A stretch of 64,000 nucleotides of DNA from Acidobacteriota bacterium (GTDB lineage: Bacteria > Acidobacteriota > UBA890 > WLXD01), in contig CBDFKD010000002.1 in the NCBI GenBank assembly GCA_965248695.1, positions 1,216,001-1,280,000 of the forward strand. The letters run 5' to 3'. This document shows positions 39,520 to 50,288 of the stretch, one piece after another (the first letter of the stretch is position 1; each line of letters opens with the position of its first letter). The position numbers were made by a program, and so were the translations under genes. The notes below the pieces were generated by a model, which saw nothing but the letters and a program-made list of their open reading frames with translations, searched no databases and was not told the origin of the DNA.

Positions 39520-42161
39520 CAGGAGCCGTCCGTCGGCACTAGCTGGTTCAGCTCGTCGAACCAGTTGAGCACCAGGTGCGGCTGCGCCGGCTCGGTGGGC
39601 GCCAAGGCAATCACGAACCGCAGCGTCGAAGACACGTCCCACTCGCTTCCCACTCCCTCCACGACGAGTTCAGCCGTTGATGTCGTGAGGTCGTTTCCCT
39701 CGATCACGTCGACGACGAACACGCGGTCGCCGGATTGGTAAAAGAGCTGCTGCCCGTTGTCGGACCAGCGAGGACGTGTGCCGCCGGTCGTCGTGACTTT
39801 CCATTCGTACGCGGCCGGCCCTGCCGGATAGGGTGTGACGTAGATCTCCGAGCGTCCCGTTCTGTCGGACGCGAAGGCCAGATGCCGCCCATCGGGGGAA
39901 AAGCTCGGAGTCTCCTCGTCGGCAGTTGACGTCAGGAACGGGGTCCCGCCGTCGGAGGCGTCGATGGGGTACACCCAGACGTCGCGACTATGGTCGGAAC
40001 TTTGAGTCACGGCGAGCACATCGTCCGGCGACCATGAGAGGTTCTGTTTATAGTCGGGCCCGACGACGACTTCGCGCTCCGGACCGCTACCGTTAGCAGC
40101 GCGGACAAAGACGTCGCCGGAGCCGAGCCGCTCCGACACATACGCCACCCGACTCCCGTCCGGCGAGAAGACAGGGTAGTGATCCCAGCCAGCACCCTGA
40201 CCGATGGGAACACGGTCTTCGCGTACCAGATCGTGCACCCAGACCTCCTCGCCCTCGACAGGGTCGACGATCGCCGAGGCAACATGTCGCCCGTCGGGCG
40301 ACAGGGCGATGTCCTGGTACTCCACTTCGGGGTCGCCGATCGGACGTATGCCGTCGTCGAAGTCGATGCGGATCAGGCGTCCTCGCGGTGCGAGCGCACG
40401 CGTCAGATACGCTAGCGACCCGTCGGCGGTAAAGGCGTAGGCGGCGGTCCCCTGCGCTGCGTTGGTCAGTACGTTGTCGAGCACCTGGACGGACTCGCCG
40501 ACGGCCAGCGTCTCCGGGTCGAAAGGAGCTGCCATCAGCACGTTCTCACGCACGTAGATCAGATGTCCGCTGGGGGCGAAGCTCGGCGCGAAGCCACGGC
40601 CAACTAGCAAGGTTCGACGCCCAGTCGACAACGACCGGACCGCGATTCGCCAGTCTGTATCCCAGAACCCGTGCAGCACGTGATCCCCGTCCGGTAGCAA
40701 GGACGCAAAGCTGTGCCCGATCTCGTCGTCCTGGAGCCCCAGCAGCGGCGCCGGCGTTCCACCTGACGCGGGGACGTGCCGCACCATGCCGCCGAACCCA
40801 GTGGAAAACAGAATCGTGTCCCCGGTTGTCCAAGAAACGGAGGTGACTCGTTCGGTGATCGCCCCCGGGATAGCTTCCGGCCGGCCTCCTCCCTGGGGGA
40901 CCAGGGTTAGGCGGTTGTTGACCGCGTAGAAGCCCAGCTGGCCCGAAGGAGAGTAGAAGGGCGCGACGCCGCCGTCGGTGCCGGGAATCGGCTCGATGTC
41001 GCCGGTACTCAGATCGAGGACCTGCAATGAGCTGCCTTCCGTTGCGAACACGAGTCTTTGCCCATCCGGTGAGATTGCGATCTTCGAGTTCTCGTTGTGC
41101 GGGCGCTCATACACCCCCTCGACCGTCGCCAGAGCAAGATGCCGCGTTGGGCTCGTGTCCGGAGCTGTATCAGGCGAGCGCGTAAGCAACACGGTCATCA
41201 CGGCCGCGAGCGCGGCAGCCGCGACACCGATCGCCAGATGTGACAACCCGAGCTTCCGCTCTGAGTCGGGGGCCCTCGTTGCCACGCCAGTCGTCCCGGC
41301 GCGCACATCGACGCTCAGGCGGCGAAGGTCGACGGCGAGGTCGGCCGCCGACTGATAGCGGTGTGCGCGGTCCTTGGCCAGGCACTTGGAGACGATCCAT
41401 TGAAGCTGTGCCGGCGCATCGGCTGCCACTTCCGTCACCGGAGTCGGTTCCGCGTGCCCGATACGGTGCAGTGTGTCGTGCAGGCTTTCGCCAGCGAACG
41501 GCGGTATGCCGGACACCGTCTCGTAGAGCACGCAGCCGCAGGCGAACAGATCGGCGCGATGATCGATCTCCACCGTTCCGTCGACCTGTTCGGGCGCCAT
41601 GTACCCGGCGGTACCCATCACCTGCCCGGCCACAGTGCCGACCATCGTCGGCGACTGCGTGGCACCGCCTTCCCCTGCGCTGGAGACCTCGATCAGCTTT
41701 GCCAGTCCGAAATCCAAGACTTTGGCGTGCCGTTCCCCGGTGACGAAGATGTTCTCGGGCTTGATATCCCGGTGAACGATCCCCGCTGCGTGCGCGGCGG
41801 CGAGTGCCTCGGCGATCTGGGTGGTGAAGTCGAGAGCCTTGGGCAGCGGGAGTGCGCCTCGCCTGAGTGGCTCGCGCAGCGTCTCGCCCTCCAGGTACTC
41901 CTGCACCATGAAATGGGTGCCGTCCTCGGTGCCGACATCGAAGACCGACGCTATGTGCGGATGGTTCAGAGCGGCGGCAGCGCGGGCCTCCTGCTCGAAG
42001 CGGGCCAGTCGCTCGGGGTCAGAGGCAAACTCGGCGGGCAGCACCTTGATGGCCACCTTGCGGCCCAAGCGCGTGTCCTGTGCCAGGTACACCACGCCCA
42101 TACCGCCAGCACCGAGCTGCTCGGTGATCTCGTAGGGGCCTAGTTTGGTGCCGGGTTCCAT
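39519..42161 (-). CDS. Ser/Thr protein kinase with TM and TolB-like (PD40) propeller repeats
   Basis: Kinase motifs HRDIKPEN and DFGLAK; repeated SPDG motifs. Confidence 0.95.
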   Translation of the reverse strand: MEPGTKLGPYEITEQLGAGGMGVVYLAQDTRLGRKVAIKVLPAEFASDPERLARFEQEARAAAALNHPHIASVFDVGTEDGTHFMVQEYLEGETLREPLRRGALPLPKALDFTTQIAEALAAAHAAGIVHRDIKPENIFVTGERHAKVLDFGLAKLIEVSSAGEGGATQSPTMVGTVAGQVMGTAGYMAPEQVDGTVEIDHRADLFACGCVLYETVSGIPPFAGESLHDTLHRIGHAEPTPVTEVAADAPAQLQWIVSKCLAKDRAHRYQSAADLAVDLRRLSVDVRAGTTGVATRAPDSERKLGLSHLAIGVAAAALAAVMTVLLTRSPDTAPDTSPTRHLALATVEGVYERPHNENSKIAISPDGQRLVFATEGSSLQVLDLSTGDIEPIPGTDGGVAPFYSPSGQLGFYAVNNRLTLVPQGGGRPEAIPGAITERVTSVSWTTGDTILFSTGFGGMVRHVPASGGTPAPLLGLQDDEIGHSFASLLPDGDHVLHGFWDTDWRIAVRSLSTGRRTLLVGRGFAPSFAPSGHLIYVRENVLMAAPFDPETLAVGESVQVLDNVLTNAAQGTAAYAFTADGSLAYLTRALAPRGRLIRIDFDDGIRPIGDPEVEYQDIALSPDGRHVASAIVDPVEGEEVWVHDLVREDRVPIGQGAGWDHYPVFSPDGSRVAYVSERLGSGDVFVRAANGSGPEREVVVGPDYKQNLSWSPDDVLAVTQSSDHSRDVWVYPIDASDGGTPFLTSTADEETPSFSPDGRHLAFASDRTGRSEIYVTPYPAGPAAYEWKVTTTGGTRPRWSDNGQQLFYQSGDRVFVVDVIEGNDLTTSTAELVVEGVGSEWDVSSTLRFVIALAPTEPAQPHLVLNWFDELNQLVPTDGS

Positions 42162-42268
42162 GGCGCTGCCAGACGGAGGTAGATGAGCGCCTGAAGCCTA
42201 TCTCTGAGGCTCGCGAGGGTCCACGGGAGGACGCAGTACCGGTGCGGATCGAGTAAAACGGCGAGTAA

Positions 42269-42554
42269 TCAGGACTCGGCCGCACGCCGCGAGCGCCGGA
42301 GGGCGAGCACGCACATGCCGGCGACAAGCACCACGCTGGTGGCGACCAGCGCCATCGAGACGGTGTTGGCGATCGACATCGGGAACGTCAGCCAGCCCAA
42401 CGCAGACCCCAGCCCGGCGAGCACGAAGGCCCAGCCGCCGAAGCGTCGATAGGCCTGGCCCTTGGCTGGTTCGCAGCGCTCGTTCGACAACGGCCTGAGG
42501 ATCTTGGGAATGACGTTGCCGAAGGATGAGCGAGCGCTTGATGGTCATTGTCAT
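42269..42554 (-). pseudogene. Small membrane protein, apparently internally deleted or frameshifted
   Basis: ATGA-coupled start in one frame; hydrophobic NVIPK..GGWAFVLAG C-terminus in another. Confidence 0.5.
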
Positions 42555-42865
42555 GCCTCCTTGTTGCCTGTGTCACTGGCCGGGCGGTTGTCCTTACCCA
42601 GCTCGAGCTCCAGACCGAACACCTGGGTGAACCCCATGAGCGCTTCCTCGAGCACCGACATCTGCAGTCGGTACGTGATGCTCGTGCCCTGCCGGGTCGC
42701 GTCCACCAGGCCGGCCTCGCGCAGCACCGCGAAGTGAGCCGACATCGTCGGTTTGGAGAGCGTGAATTGATCGGCCAGCTCGCCCGCCGTCATCGGGCGT
42801 CGCCGCAGAAGCTGCAGCACGCGACGCCGTGTCGGATCAGAGAGGGCCTTGAAGACTTTGTTCAT
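42551..42865 (-). CDS. ArsR/SmtB-family repressor (SdpR-like)
   Basis: FKALSDPTRRRVLQLL..TAGELADQF..SKPTMSAHFAVLREAGLV. Confidence 0.93.
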   Translation of the reverse strand: MNKVFKALSDPTRRRVLQLLRRRPMTAGELADQFTLSKPTMSAHFAVLREAGLVDATRQGTSITYRLQMSVLEEALMGFTQVFGLELELGKDNRPASDTGNKEA

Positions 42866-42900
42866 GATTAGATAATTCGCTAATCATCTAATCATGTCAA
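42863..42900 (-). promoter_or_regulatory. ArsR promoter/operator
   Basis: TTGACA at 42900-42895; perfect 11-bp IR CATGATTAGAT-N12-ATCTAATCATG covering the ATG. Confidence 0.75.
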
Positions 42901-42906
42901 GTCGAC

Positions 42907-44919
42907 CTACCGGGACGGCATCTCGTCCGTAATGGAGGTTCTTCGCCGGTCGCGGCTTCGAACGACGAGCTGCTCGCGGACCGCTCGATGCGCCTCGTCG
43001 ATGGCTGCGTCCGTGTGCGAGGAGGCAGCGGCATCGGAGTTGGCGATCGAAATTCGACCGAATCGCCGCCTGCCGATGACGCACGGCCGATCGTCGGGGG
43101 CGAACAGCGCCCACTCGATCGGATCGTCCAGGGTGTTGTAGTGATAGGCAGGACCGTGCGGCCAGCGATTCACTGTGATCGCTTCGATGTCCCGGGCCGG
43201 GTCGAAACCCCCACTCTGTAGGGTTCGACCGAGTTGGTCCCGGATGTTGCGCTCGAAGGTCTCGAAGGTGGTGGCCAACAGATCCGCTCGCCCGATGCGA
43301 TGCTGCTCCTTCTTCGGGAGTCCAGGGGCACAAGGCACCCTGGTCATGTGCAGGATCATCGGGTCGTCAGGCGACCGGGAAGGCTCGTAGTCACCGAACT
43401 GTATCGACCGGCCGAGGTTGGCGCCGCTGTGGTACATCCCCGGAGCGGTCACACTCGAGATGCCCAGGTTCGTGAAGGCGGTCCAATTTCGGATGAGGAC
43501 GTTGGTGTAGACGAGGGGCATCTTGACGCCATACTTGAGCGCCACCTTCTGCTCGTCGGACATCTCGGGGCATAGGTGCGGGATGACCCCGTTGTAGCAC
43601 CCCATCACACAGTGATCCGCCCGTACCTTCTCGGCCTTGCCGCCGCGCACATAAGTGATCTCGACCCCGCGGGCGGCGTCGGGATCGCCCAGGTGCCGGG
43701 CGGAGACCACCATGCTGTTGAGACGAATTCGGGCATCGGAGCCGGCGCGGTCGATGCGGTCGTACGCCAGGCGCGAGGTCATCGAGTCTTCCTGCGAGGT
43801 GCCCGGAAGCGCGTCGGGAATCATCGCACGAACCAGCAACCGGGCCACCGTCGCGTTGCCGTCGGGAAAGTGGATGTTCGGTCCTGTGTTCCACTCGCTC
43901 TCACGACCATGTTGTCCGCCCCCGATGTGGCTGAGGGGGCTCACGCGGGGGAAGGGCTCGAGGTTCATCCCCTGGAAGCCGGGATAGCCCAGGACCCATC
44001 CATAGAGCGCCGGTTGGCCGTCGATGCCGACGCAGAACCTGCCCTTCGGTAGGTCATCGAAGAACGCGATCACATCGGGGTGCACCTTGGCGAGGTCGAG
44101 GAGGAAGTCCCGATAACTGATCCGGGCCAGGCGCTCCTTCTTGTCGGCATCCGACAGTCCGGGCATATAGTCCGGGTTCGCACCGTCATCGTAGAGCCGC
44201 GCGATGTCCCGCCGCGCCTCCGGAGACAGCGGGGTCTGTGCGAGCCAATCGGCCCATCCGCGACCCCCGGATTCCCCTCCGCGTCCCATCAACAGCCGAT
44301 CCTCGCCGAACACCTCTTTGGCGAAGAACGTGGCGCTACCGAGTCCCAGCGATCCGTAGAACCCCCTGCCTGCGGTGCTGGCGGCAATCGCACTTTCCAC
44401 GTCGATGCCGATCGCTGCGAGGAGCGTCTGGGACACGGCGCTGTATTGGCCCACGGACTCGACCTCGTAGGTACCGCCGTTGAGCATCAGCGTACGGCCT
44501 CGATAGGTCATCTCGTTGCGCGTGGCATGGCCACCGAAGTCATCGTGGTTGTCGAGCACCAGCACACGTGCGCCGGGACCAGCCGAGGTCAGGAAGAAAT
44601 AGGCTGCCGAGAGCCCGCTCAGCCCCCCTCCGACCACCACCAGATCGTAGCTTTCACGCGTGTCGGCGACATCGGTCCATGTGTTCCCGTCGCGGAGCGC
44701 ATGGGCGACCTCGAACGAACCGGGGTGACTTCCGCGCATTCCAGTCAGGGCCGGTGGATAGTATTCCTGCGCCCGGGACCCATAGGGCGTGCCCTCGCGT
44801 GCTGACAGCCAGCCAGGTGCGATCAGCGACCCCCCGACGGCAACCCCCACGCCGTTGACGAAATCGCGCCGGCTGATATCCCGGTGCATCCCGAGATCAC
44901 GATCCCCACTCCTGGACAT
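42907..44919 (-). CDS. Tat-exported FAD oxidoreductase, spermidine dehydrogenase SpdH-like
   Basis: SRRDFVNG; YYPPALTGMRGSHPGSF; LDNHDDFGGHATRNE; ITVNRWPHG. Confidence 0.85.
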   Translation of the reverse strand: MSRSGDRDLGMHRDISRRDFVNGVGVAVGGSLIAPGWLSAREGTPYGSRAQEYYPPALTGMRGSHPGSFEVAHALRDGNTWTDVADTRESYDLVVVGGGLSGLSAAYFFLTSAGPGARVLVLDNHDDFGGHATRNEMTYRGRTLMLNGGTYEVESVGQYSAVSQTLLAAIGIDVESAIAASTAGRGFYGSLGLGSATFFAKEVFGEDRLLMGRGGESGGRGWADWLAQTPLSPEARRDIARLYDDGANPDYMPGLSDADKKERLARISYRDFLLDLAKVHPDVIAFFDDLPKGRFCVGIDGQPALYGWVLGYPGFQGMNLEPFPRVSPLSHIGGGQHGRESEWNTGPNIHFPDGNATVARLLVRAMIPDALPGTSQEDSMTSRLAYDRIDRAGSDARIRLNSMVVSARHLGDPDAARGVEITYVRGGKAEKVRADHCVMGCYNGVIPHLCPEMSDEQKVALKYGVKMPLVYTNVLIRNWTAFTNLGISSVTAPGMYHSGANLGRSIQFGDYEPSRSPDDPMILHMTRVPCAPGLPKKEQHRIGRADLLATTFETFERNIRDQLGRTLQSGGFDPARDIEAITVNRWPHGPAYHYNTLDDPIEWALFAPDDRPCVIGRRRFGRISIANSDAAASSHTDAAIDEAHRAVREQLVVRSRDRRRTSITDEMPSR

Positions 44920-45064
44920 ACGTCCTCCGGTTCTCTAATGCGGGAACTGCGCGGAACGCCGGCTTTTCTCAGTCGGGCCTTATAGTATCCATTGCTCTGC
45001 GGTGTAGGGAAGTGATCTGGAGCTTCTACGGCTCGTGCCGACGGACCCGTAGCGGGAGACAGCG

Positions 45065-46303
45065 GTGGACAGGCGCGCGTTACTCAAGACCGGTGGCATG
45101 GCGGCGCTCGGTCTCGGTGTGGGTGGGTGTGCGGGGCGCGCGCCAAGGCCCAACGACCCGCCGAGGCTCAGAGTCAACCTCGCACCTGTCGAAGCCTCCT
45201 GGGATCGGGTTATCCGCACCACGGTCGGGTTGCGTCCGCACCGGCCCTCCGGGTTCGTGCTCAGGGCTCAGAAGCTCGACGCCAAGACCGTCATCCACAA
45301 CTACGGCCACGGTGGAGCCGGCCACTCGATCGGTTGGGGTACGGCCGAACTGGCGGCCGAGATCGCGATGGAGCACGGCGACCGGCGCGCGGCAGTCATC
45401 GGCTGCGGCACCGTTGGGCTGACCACGGCGCGGCAGCTGCAGCGGCGCGGCTTCGACGTGACCATCTACGCCAAGTCGGTGCCTCCAGACACAACCTCCA
45501 ACAAGGCTCTGGCCGCCTTCACGCCGACGTCCGGGCTGATTGACGGGAACCGGCGCACGCCGGAATGGGATGCGCAGTTCCGGCGCGCTGCGGAGATCGC
45601 GTACGAGCAGCTGCAGCTGCTGGTGGGCCGCGGCTACGGAGTCTCGTGGAGCAACATCTACGGGATGATGAACGAGCCGCCGGCAGCGCCGGAGGGACGT
45701 TCGCTCTCACCGTTGCGGCCCGCGTCCTTGCGAACGGGCCCGGTAGTGCTGCAGCCCGGTGAGCACCCGTTCCCGTCCAGGTTCGCCACCCGCAGCCCGT
45801 GGCTCCTGATCGAGCCCGCGATCTACCTGGAGTCGCTAGTGCGCGACGTTCTCCTCTTCAGCGGCCGCATCGTGATTCGCCAGTTTGCGACGTCGCGAGA
45901 TCTGATGTCGCTGCGCGAGTCGCTCATCGTCAACTGCACCGGGCTCGGGGCGCGCGAGCTCTTCAAGGACGACGAGCTGATCCCGCTGAAGGGCCAGCTC
46001 ACCATGCTGGTGCCTCAGCCCGAGGTCGACTACGCGACGTTCGGTGGCGTGCCCGGCAGCCCGAACGCGCGCGGCGGGTTCGTCCACATGGCGCCGCGCA
46101 GCGACGGCATCGCGCTCGGTGGCACGAGCGAAGAGGGCGTCTGGGATCTCGAGCCGGACGAGGCGGCGCGGCGTCGGATCGTCGAGAGCCACATCGAGCT
46201 GTTCGAGGCGATGCGAACGCAGAGCTCCACGCCCGTCGTGCGGCCGCCGTCGGCGCCCGCCAGGGCTCCGGCGCTCGAAAGCTTCTACGATCTCGAGTCC
46301 TAA
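45065..46303 (+). CDS. D-amino acid oxidase-family FAD enzyme
   Basis: VGLRPHR, IHNYGHGGAG, VIGCGTVGL, VNCTGLGA. Confidence 0.88.
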   Translation: MDRRALLKTGGMAALGLGVGGCAGRAPRPNDPPRLRVNLAPVEASWDRVIRTTVGLRPHRPSGFVLRAQKLDAKTVIHNYGHGGAGHSIGWGTAELAAEIAMEHGDRRAAVIGCGTVGLTTARQLQRRGFDVTIYAKSVPPDTTSNKALAAFTPTSGLIDGNRRTPEWDAQFRRAAEIAYEQLQLLVGRGYGVSWSNIYGMMNEPPAAPEGRSLSPLRPASLRTGPVVLQPGEHPFPSRFATRSPWLLIEPAIYLESLVRDVLLFSGRIVIRQFATSRDLMSLRESLIVNCTGLGARELFKDDELIPLKGQLTMLVPQPEVDYATFGGVPGSPNARGGFVHMAPRSDGIALGGTSEEGVWDLEPDEAARRRIVESHIELFEAMRTQSSTPVVRPPSAPARAPALESFYDLES

Positions 46304-46327
46304 CAGGCCGTATTTGCTGGGGTCCGG

Positions 46328-48784
46328 CTACTGGATGTACCCGAGGGCGCGTAGCCTGGAGCGTTCCGCCTCGGTAAGCCCCTCGCCGCTATCCGGCTCG
46401 ACCCGTGTTGCGAGCGTGGCCTCGTGCCAGGTGGCGAGCTCCTCGGACAACTGGGTTACCACGTCCGGGTTATCAGACCCGACGTCGACCTGGTCCATGG
46501 GATCTTCCAGATAGTCGAACAGCTCGTACTCGGCCTTGCCCTCGGGGCGGGTGTAGTTGTGCACCAGCTTCCAGCCGTCGGCGACGATGACGCGCTGCTC
46601 GACCTCGTCGTCGAGCGGCTCGTCGGAATCGATCGAGGCACGCTCGGCGAACGCCGGACGCGGCAGCCAGCCGAGCCCGGTGGGCGCATCCGGACGCGCC
46701 ATGAGCGGCAACAGGCTCTGACCCTGCGCCTGCGCCGGCACCGACAGACGGGACAGCTCCAGCAGCGTCGGGTATACGTTGATCGACTCGACCACGGTGT
46801 CGTCGCGCGCCGCGGGAATACGACCCGGCCACGAGAACATCAGCGGCACGTTGAGGTGCTCGCCGTATGCGTCCCAGCCGTGGAAGTGCTTGCCGTGCTC
46901 GAGAAACGCCTCGCCATGATCGCTCATGAAGACGATCAGGGTGTCGTCGGCGATGCCGAGGCCCTCGAGGCGATGCAACAGTCGGCCGACCTCGGCGTCC
47001 ATTGCCTTGATGGAAGCGTCGTACCAGTCGAGCTCGGTGTCCACAAAGACGTCGGGGTCGATCTCGGCCGCCGCCAACTGCGCCGATGTCGGCATGACGT
47101 CGCCGCGCATGTGGTCGTCGGTGATGTGCTCGGCCACCGACTCCATGCGCTCGCGATGCGCCGCGATCTCGTCCGGGTCGACGTAGAGAGTGTCGTACGG
47201 CGCGTAGGGCTCGAACGGGCTGTGCGGATCGAACACGTGCAGGAAAACGAAGAAGGGCGACTCGTGGTGCAGGTCGAGCCAGTCGAGCAACCGGTCGGTG
47301 AACGTGCGTGCGGTCTTGGCCTCGGAATGGCCGAGATCGCCGATCGATGCCGTCTCATGGAGCACCTCGACTCCCTGGTGCAGGTTGGTCAGCTGCCCGG
47401 TGAACGGCACCGACGAGGTATGGAAAGTGGCGTAGCCGGCCGCCTGGTAGACCTCCTCGAGGGTCGTTACCGAGGCTGGCAGCCGGTGGATGATGTCGGT
47501 GATGCCGTGCGCGGTGGGATACAGCGAGGTCAGGATCGACGGCACCGAGACCTTCGTCCAGGCACCCTGTGACACGGTGTGGGTGAAGACCGTGCCGCCG
47601 GCGGCCAGGCCTGCCAGGTTGGGGGCGTTGTCGCGCTCGCCGCCATGCCAGGGAAGCCGGTCGCGGCGCAGCGTGTCGGCGAGTATCAGAATGACGCCGC
47701 GCGGCGGTTCGGCGTCGCCGACCAGCTCGGTACGCGCCTCGCTAGCCGTCGTCGTGCGTGCTTGGTCGCCGCGCTGGCGCACCACTGGCGTACCCCAGTA
47801 GGCGATCGCTCCGTCGTTGTCGGCCCGCGTGCTCAGCGTGAGCTCGACACGCTGGCCGGCGAGCGCGCTCAGGTCCACCGGCTTGGTTTCCCATCGGTCC
47901 GGGGTCGTGACCGTATGGCGCAGAAGCGTTTGATCGCCGACCGACACGACGAAGGTCACCGGTCCCTTCTCGATGGTGCCGAGGTTGAGCTCCAGCCAGG
48001 GTCGGCTCGGAACGTCGACCGAAAACTGGATGCTCTCCGGCGCCCGCGAAACGATGGTCTCGCGGTAGATCTCGGCCAGCCCCTGCCAGCCGATCCCCGA
48101 TGGAATGGAGCTCAGATGCTCCCGGCGTGAGATCAGGCGGATCGACTCGATGGCGAACTCGGCGTCGGCAACGTCGCTCGGCCGTACCGCCAGGTGCCGG
48201 ATGGCCCCCAACGACACCGTGCCCATGAAGTTGGCCATGCCGCGGCTGAGGGTGAGCGTCTCGGCCTCGTCGCCGGGGGTGATGTCGACCATGACCGCCA
48301 TGGTGCGCTGCTGGGTGGCGGCATTGAGCACCACCTCGTCGTCGATCTCGGGCGCGAACACGAAGTTGAATCCGGTGTTGGTGCCAGCCGAAAGGCGCAC
48401 CCGGACCTCGGCGGAGTGGAACGACCCGTCGAGGCCGGCATCCTCCGGCACCGGGAGATGGATGAACCCGAGCTCGCCGGTGGTGCGACCCACCAGCGCG
48501 CCGTCACGCACTGCCAGCCCCTCGATCTGCTGCATGGCGCGGGCGCCGAGGAGCGCATCCGTGTCGCCGCCGCCCGGCAACGTACCGGCGCTGAAATCCC
48601 ACACCATCGGGTCGGCAGCCGCGACCGTCGGTGTTCCGGTGATCGCCGCCTCGTCGACGACATCGACCAGGCGAATCGTGGCCGGCCCCGCATCGCCGCC
48701 ACCAGCGCAGGCGGGGACGGTGGCAGCGATCAGCACGAGCAGGAACGGGCTACGGACGCGAGTCGGGAGCAAGGCGGGCCTCAT
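46328..48784 (-). CDS. Sulfatase-like lipoprotein with N-terminal accessory domains
   Basis: [43 protein letters not shown]. Confidence 0.88.
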   Translation of the reverse strand: MRPALLPTRVRSPFLLVLIAATVPACAGGGDAGPATIRLVDVVDEAAITGTPTVAAADPMVWDFSAGTLPGGGDTDALLGARAMQQIEGLAVRDGALVGRTTGELGFIHLPVPEDAGLDGSFHSAEVRVRLSAGTNTGFNFVFAPEIDDEVVLNAATQQRTMAVMVDITPGDEAETLTLSRGMANFMGTVSLGAIRHLAVRPSDVADAEFAIESIRLISRREHLSSIPSGIGWQGLAEIYRETIVSRAPESIQFSVDVPSRPWLELNLGTIEKGPVTFVVSVGDQTLLRHTVTTPDRWETKPVDLSALAGQRVELTLSTRADNDGAIAYWGTPVVRQRGDQARTTTASEARTELVGDAEPPRGVILILADTLRRDRLPWHGGERDNAPNLAGLAAGGTVFTHTVSQGAWTKVSVPSILTSLYPTAHGITDIIHRLPASVTTLEEVYQAAGYATFHTSSVPFTGQLTNLHQGVEVLHETASIGDLGHSEAKTARTFTDRLLDWLDLHHESPFFVFLHVFDPHSPFEPYAPYDTLYVDPDEIAAHRERMESVAEHITDDHMRGDVMPTSAQLAAAEIDPDVFVDTELDWYDASIKAMDAEVGRLLHRLEGLGIADDTLIVFMSDHGEAFLEHGKHFHGWDAYGEHLNVPLMFSWPGRIPAARDDTVVESINVYPTLLELSRLSVPAQAQGQSLLPLMARPDAPTGLGWLPRPAFAERASIDSDEPLDDEVEQRVIVADGWKLVHNYTRPEGKAEYELFDYLEDPMDQVDVGSDNPDVVTQLSEELATWHEATLATRVEPDSGEGLTEAERSRLRALGYIQ

Positions 48785-48884
48785 GTCGGAAGGATCTCGA
48801 TCAGCGGAACTCAGGCCGGATATTCAACCATGCTTACATTGACGCCATACCCCGTAGTCCACGCCGCACTGGGAGAGTGCTGAA

Positions 48885-49346
48885 ATGGAAACATGGTCCG
48901 GTGGTTGCCAATGCGGCGAGACACGATATGAAGTCGTGCACGCGGACGTTCTGACGCTCGTTTGCTGCCATTGCCGCGAATGCCAGCGGCAATCCTCCAG
49001 CGCCTTCGGAATGTCCATGATTCTGCCCCGCTCAGCTTTCAGGCTGACACGCGGGAACTTGTCGTCGTGGGAGCGTCCGAGAGATCTTGGTGGCCCAATC
49101 AACCGGGCGAATTTCTGCCCGACCTGCGGTGTGCGGATTTTCCATGATGGCGGCGCTGCAAGCCCGGAGATCTGTGTGAAGGCCGGATCGCTGGACGACA
49201 CGAGCGTCCTGGAGCCAGTCGCCCACCTGTGGACCAAGCGTGCCCAACCTTGGATCCACCTGCCGGACGACGTCCCGCGTTACGACGACGAGCCTCAAAC
49301 CGAGGCCGAGCTGAATGTCGCCTATCGGGATAGGAACAGTCGCTAG
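48885..49346 (+). CDS. GFA/CENP-V family Zn-binding protein
   Basis: GGCQCG, CHCRECQR, FCPTCG. Confidence 0.92.
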   Translation: METWSGGCQCGETRYEVVHADVLTLVCCHCRECQRQSSSAFGMSMILPRSAFRLTRGNLSSWERPRDLGGPINRANFCPTCGVRIFHDGGAASPEICVKAGSLDDTSVLEPVAHLWTKRAQPWIHLPDDVPRYDDEPQTEAELNVAYRDRNSR

Positions 49347-49474
49347 CCACATGAGCTCATGACCAGGACGATACGACCGATCCAGGGTGATCTGGACGGT
49401 TGCCTCCGCGGCTGGCCCGTGCGTACAGTCGGACCCCACCTACGCAGATCTCGACCCGAAGCAGCGAGGAATCC

Positions 49475-50284
49475 ATGCAGATTCGACCGTCCGGAATCGT
49501 GTTTGCCACGGCGGCTGTGCTGGGACTCGTGGCCGGGCTGGCCCTGGGCGTCGGCCCGGTCACCGCCGGGCCCCTTCCCGCCGGCGAAGGCGAGACGTTC
49601 TTCACCGCTCGGGTGCTTCCCGAGCTCGAGGCCAACGGCTGCAGCAACTGCCACATTCCTGCCGCCGGCTATGTGCATCCGGCGGTGAGCTACGCTGAGC
49701 TGCTCCCGTTTCTCGCCATGGGTCGGGCGGCAGACAACAACGTCCTGGTGCAGAAGATGGCCAACTTGCGGAGCTTCCGCCCCGACCGGCCGGCGCACAT
49801 CGGCGGGCAACGTTGCGAGAGCCTCGCGGCCGAGCCCTGCCAGAGCATCATGGCCTGGTGGGAGGTGGAGTTCGGAGCTGACCCTCAGGCCGGCGGCGAG
49901 AGCCACGGCGAGGTCATCGGCATCGTCGATGTCGTCACTACCGCGCCCGACGATGTCGCCACCTACCCCTTCGAGGACTCACCACGGTGGCGGGTGACCG
50001 GAAGCCGGCGGCCGCAGACTGCAGACCGCGACGACTTCCTGTCGTCCGACGGCGCCTTCCATGTGGGCTACAGCCAGTACGACACCATGACGCTGGAGAT
50101 CGACGACTGGCCATGGGACGAGCTTATGTTCCTCATCGAGGGTCAGGTGGAGATCACCGATCTGGGCGGTGTCACCAAGACCTACGGGCCCGGGGACATG
50201 CTGGTGATGCCGCGTGGGTTCTCGGGAACCTGGAAGCAGCTCGGGCCGATCAAGAAGATCTCCGCCAGCTACGGAACGGAATAG
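49475..50284 (+). CDS. Secreted CxxCH-containing protein fused to a DUF861/EutQ-like cupin
   Basis: GAGG SD, signal peptide, CSNCH; ELMFLIEGQVEITD..GPGDMLVMPRGFSGTW. Confidence 0.7.
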   Translation: MQIRPSGIVFATAAVLGLVAGLALGVGPVTAGPLPAGEGETFFTARVLPELEANGCSNCHIPAAGYVHPAVSYAELLPFLAMGRAADNNVLVQKMANLRSFRPDRPAHIGGQRCESLAAEPCQSIMAWWEVEFGADPQAGGESHGEVIGIVDVVTTAPDDVATYPFEDSPRWRVTGSRRPQTADRDDFLSSDGAFHVGYSQYDTMTLEIDDWPWDELMFLIEGQVEITDLGGVTKTYGPGDMLVMPRGFSGTWKQLGPIKKISASYGTE

Positions 50285-50288
50285 GCAC

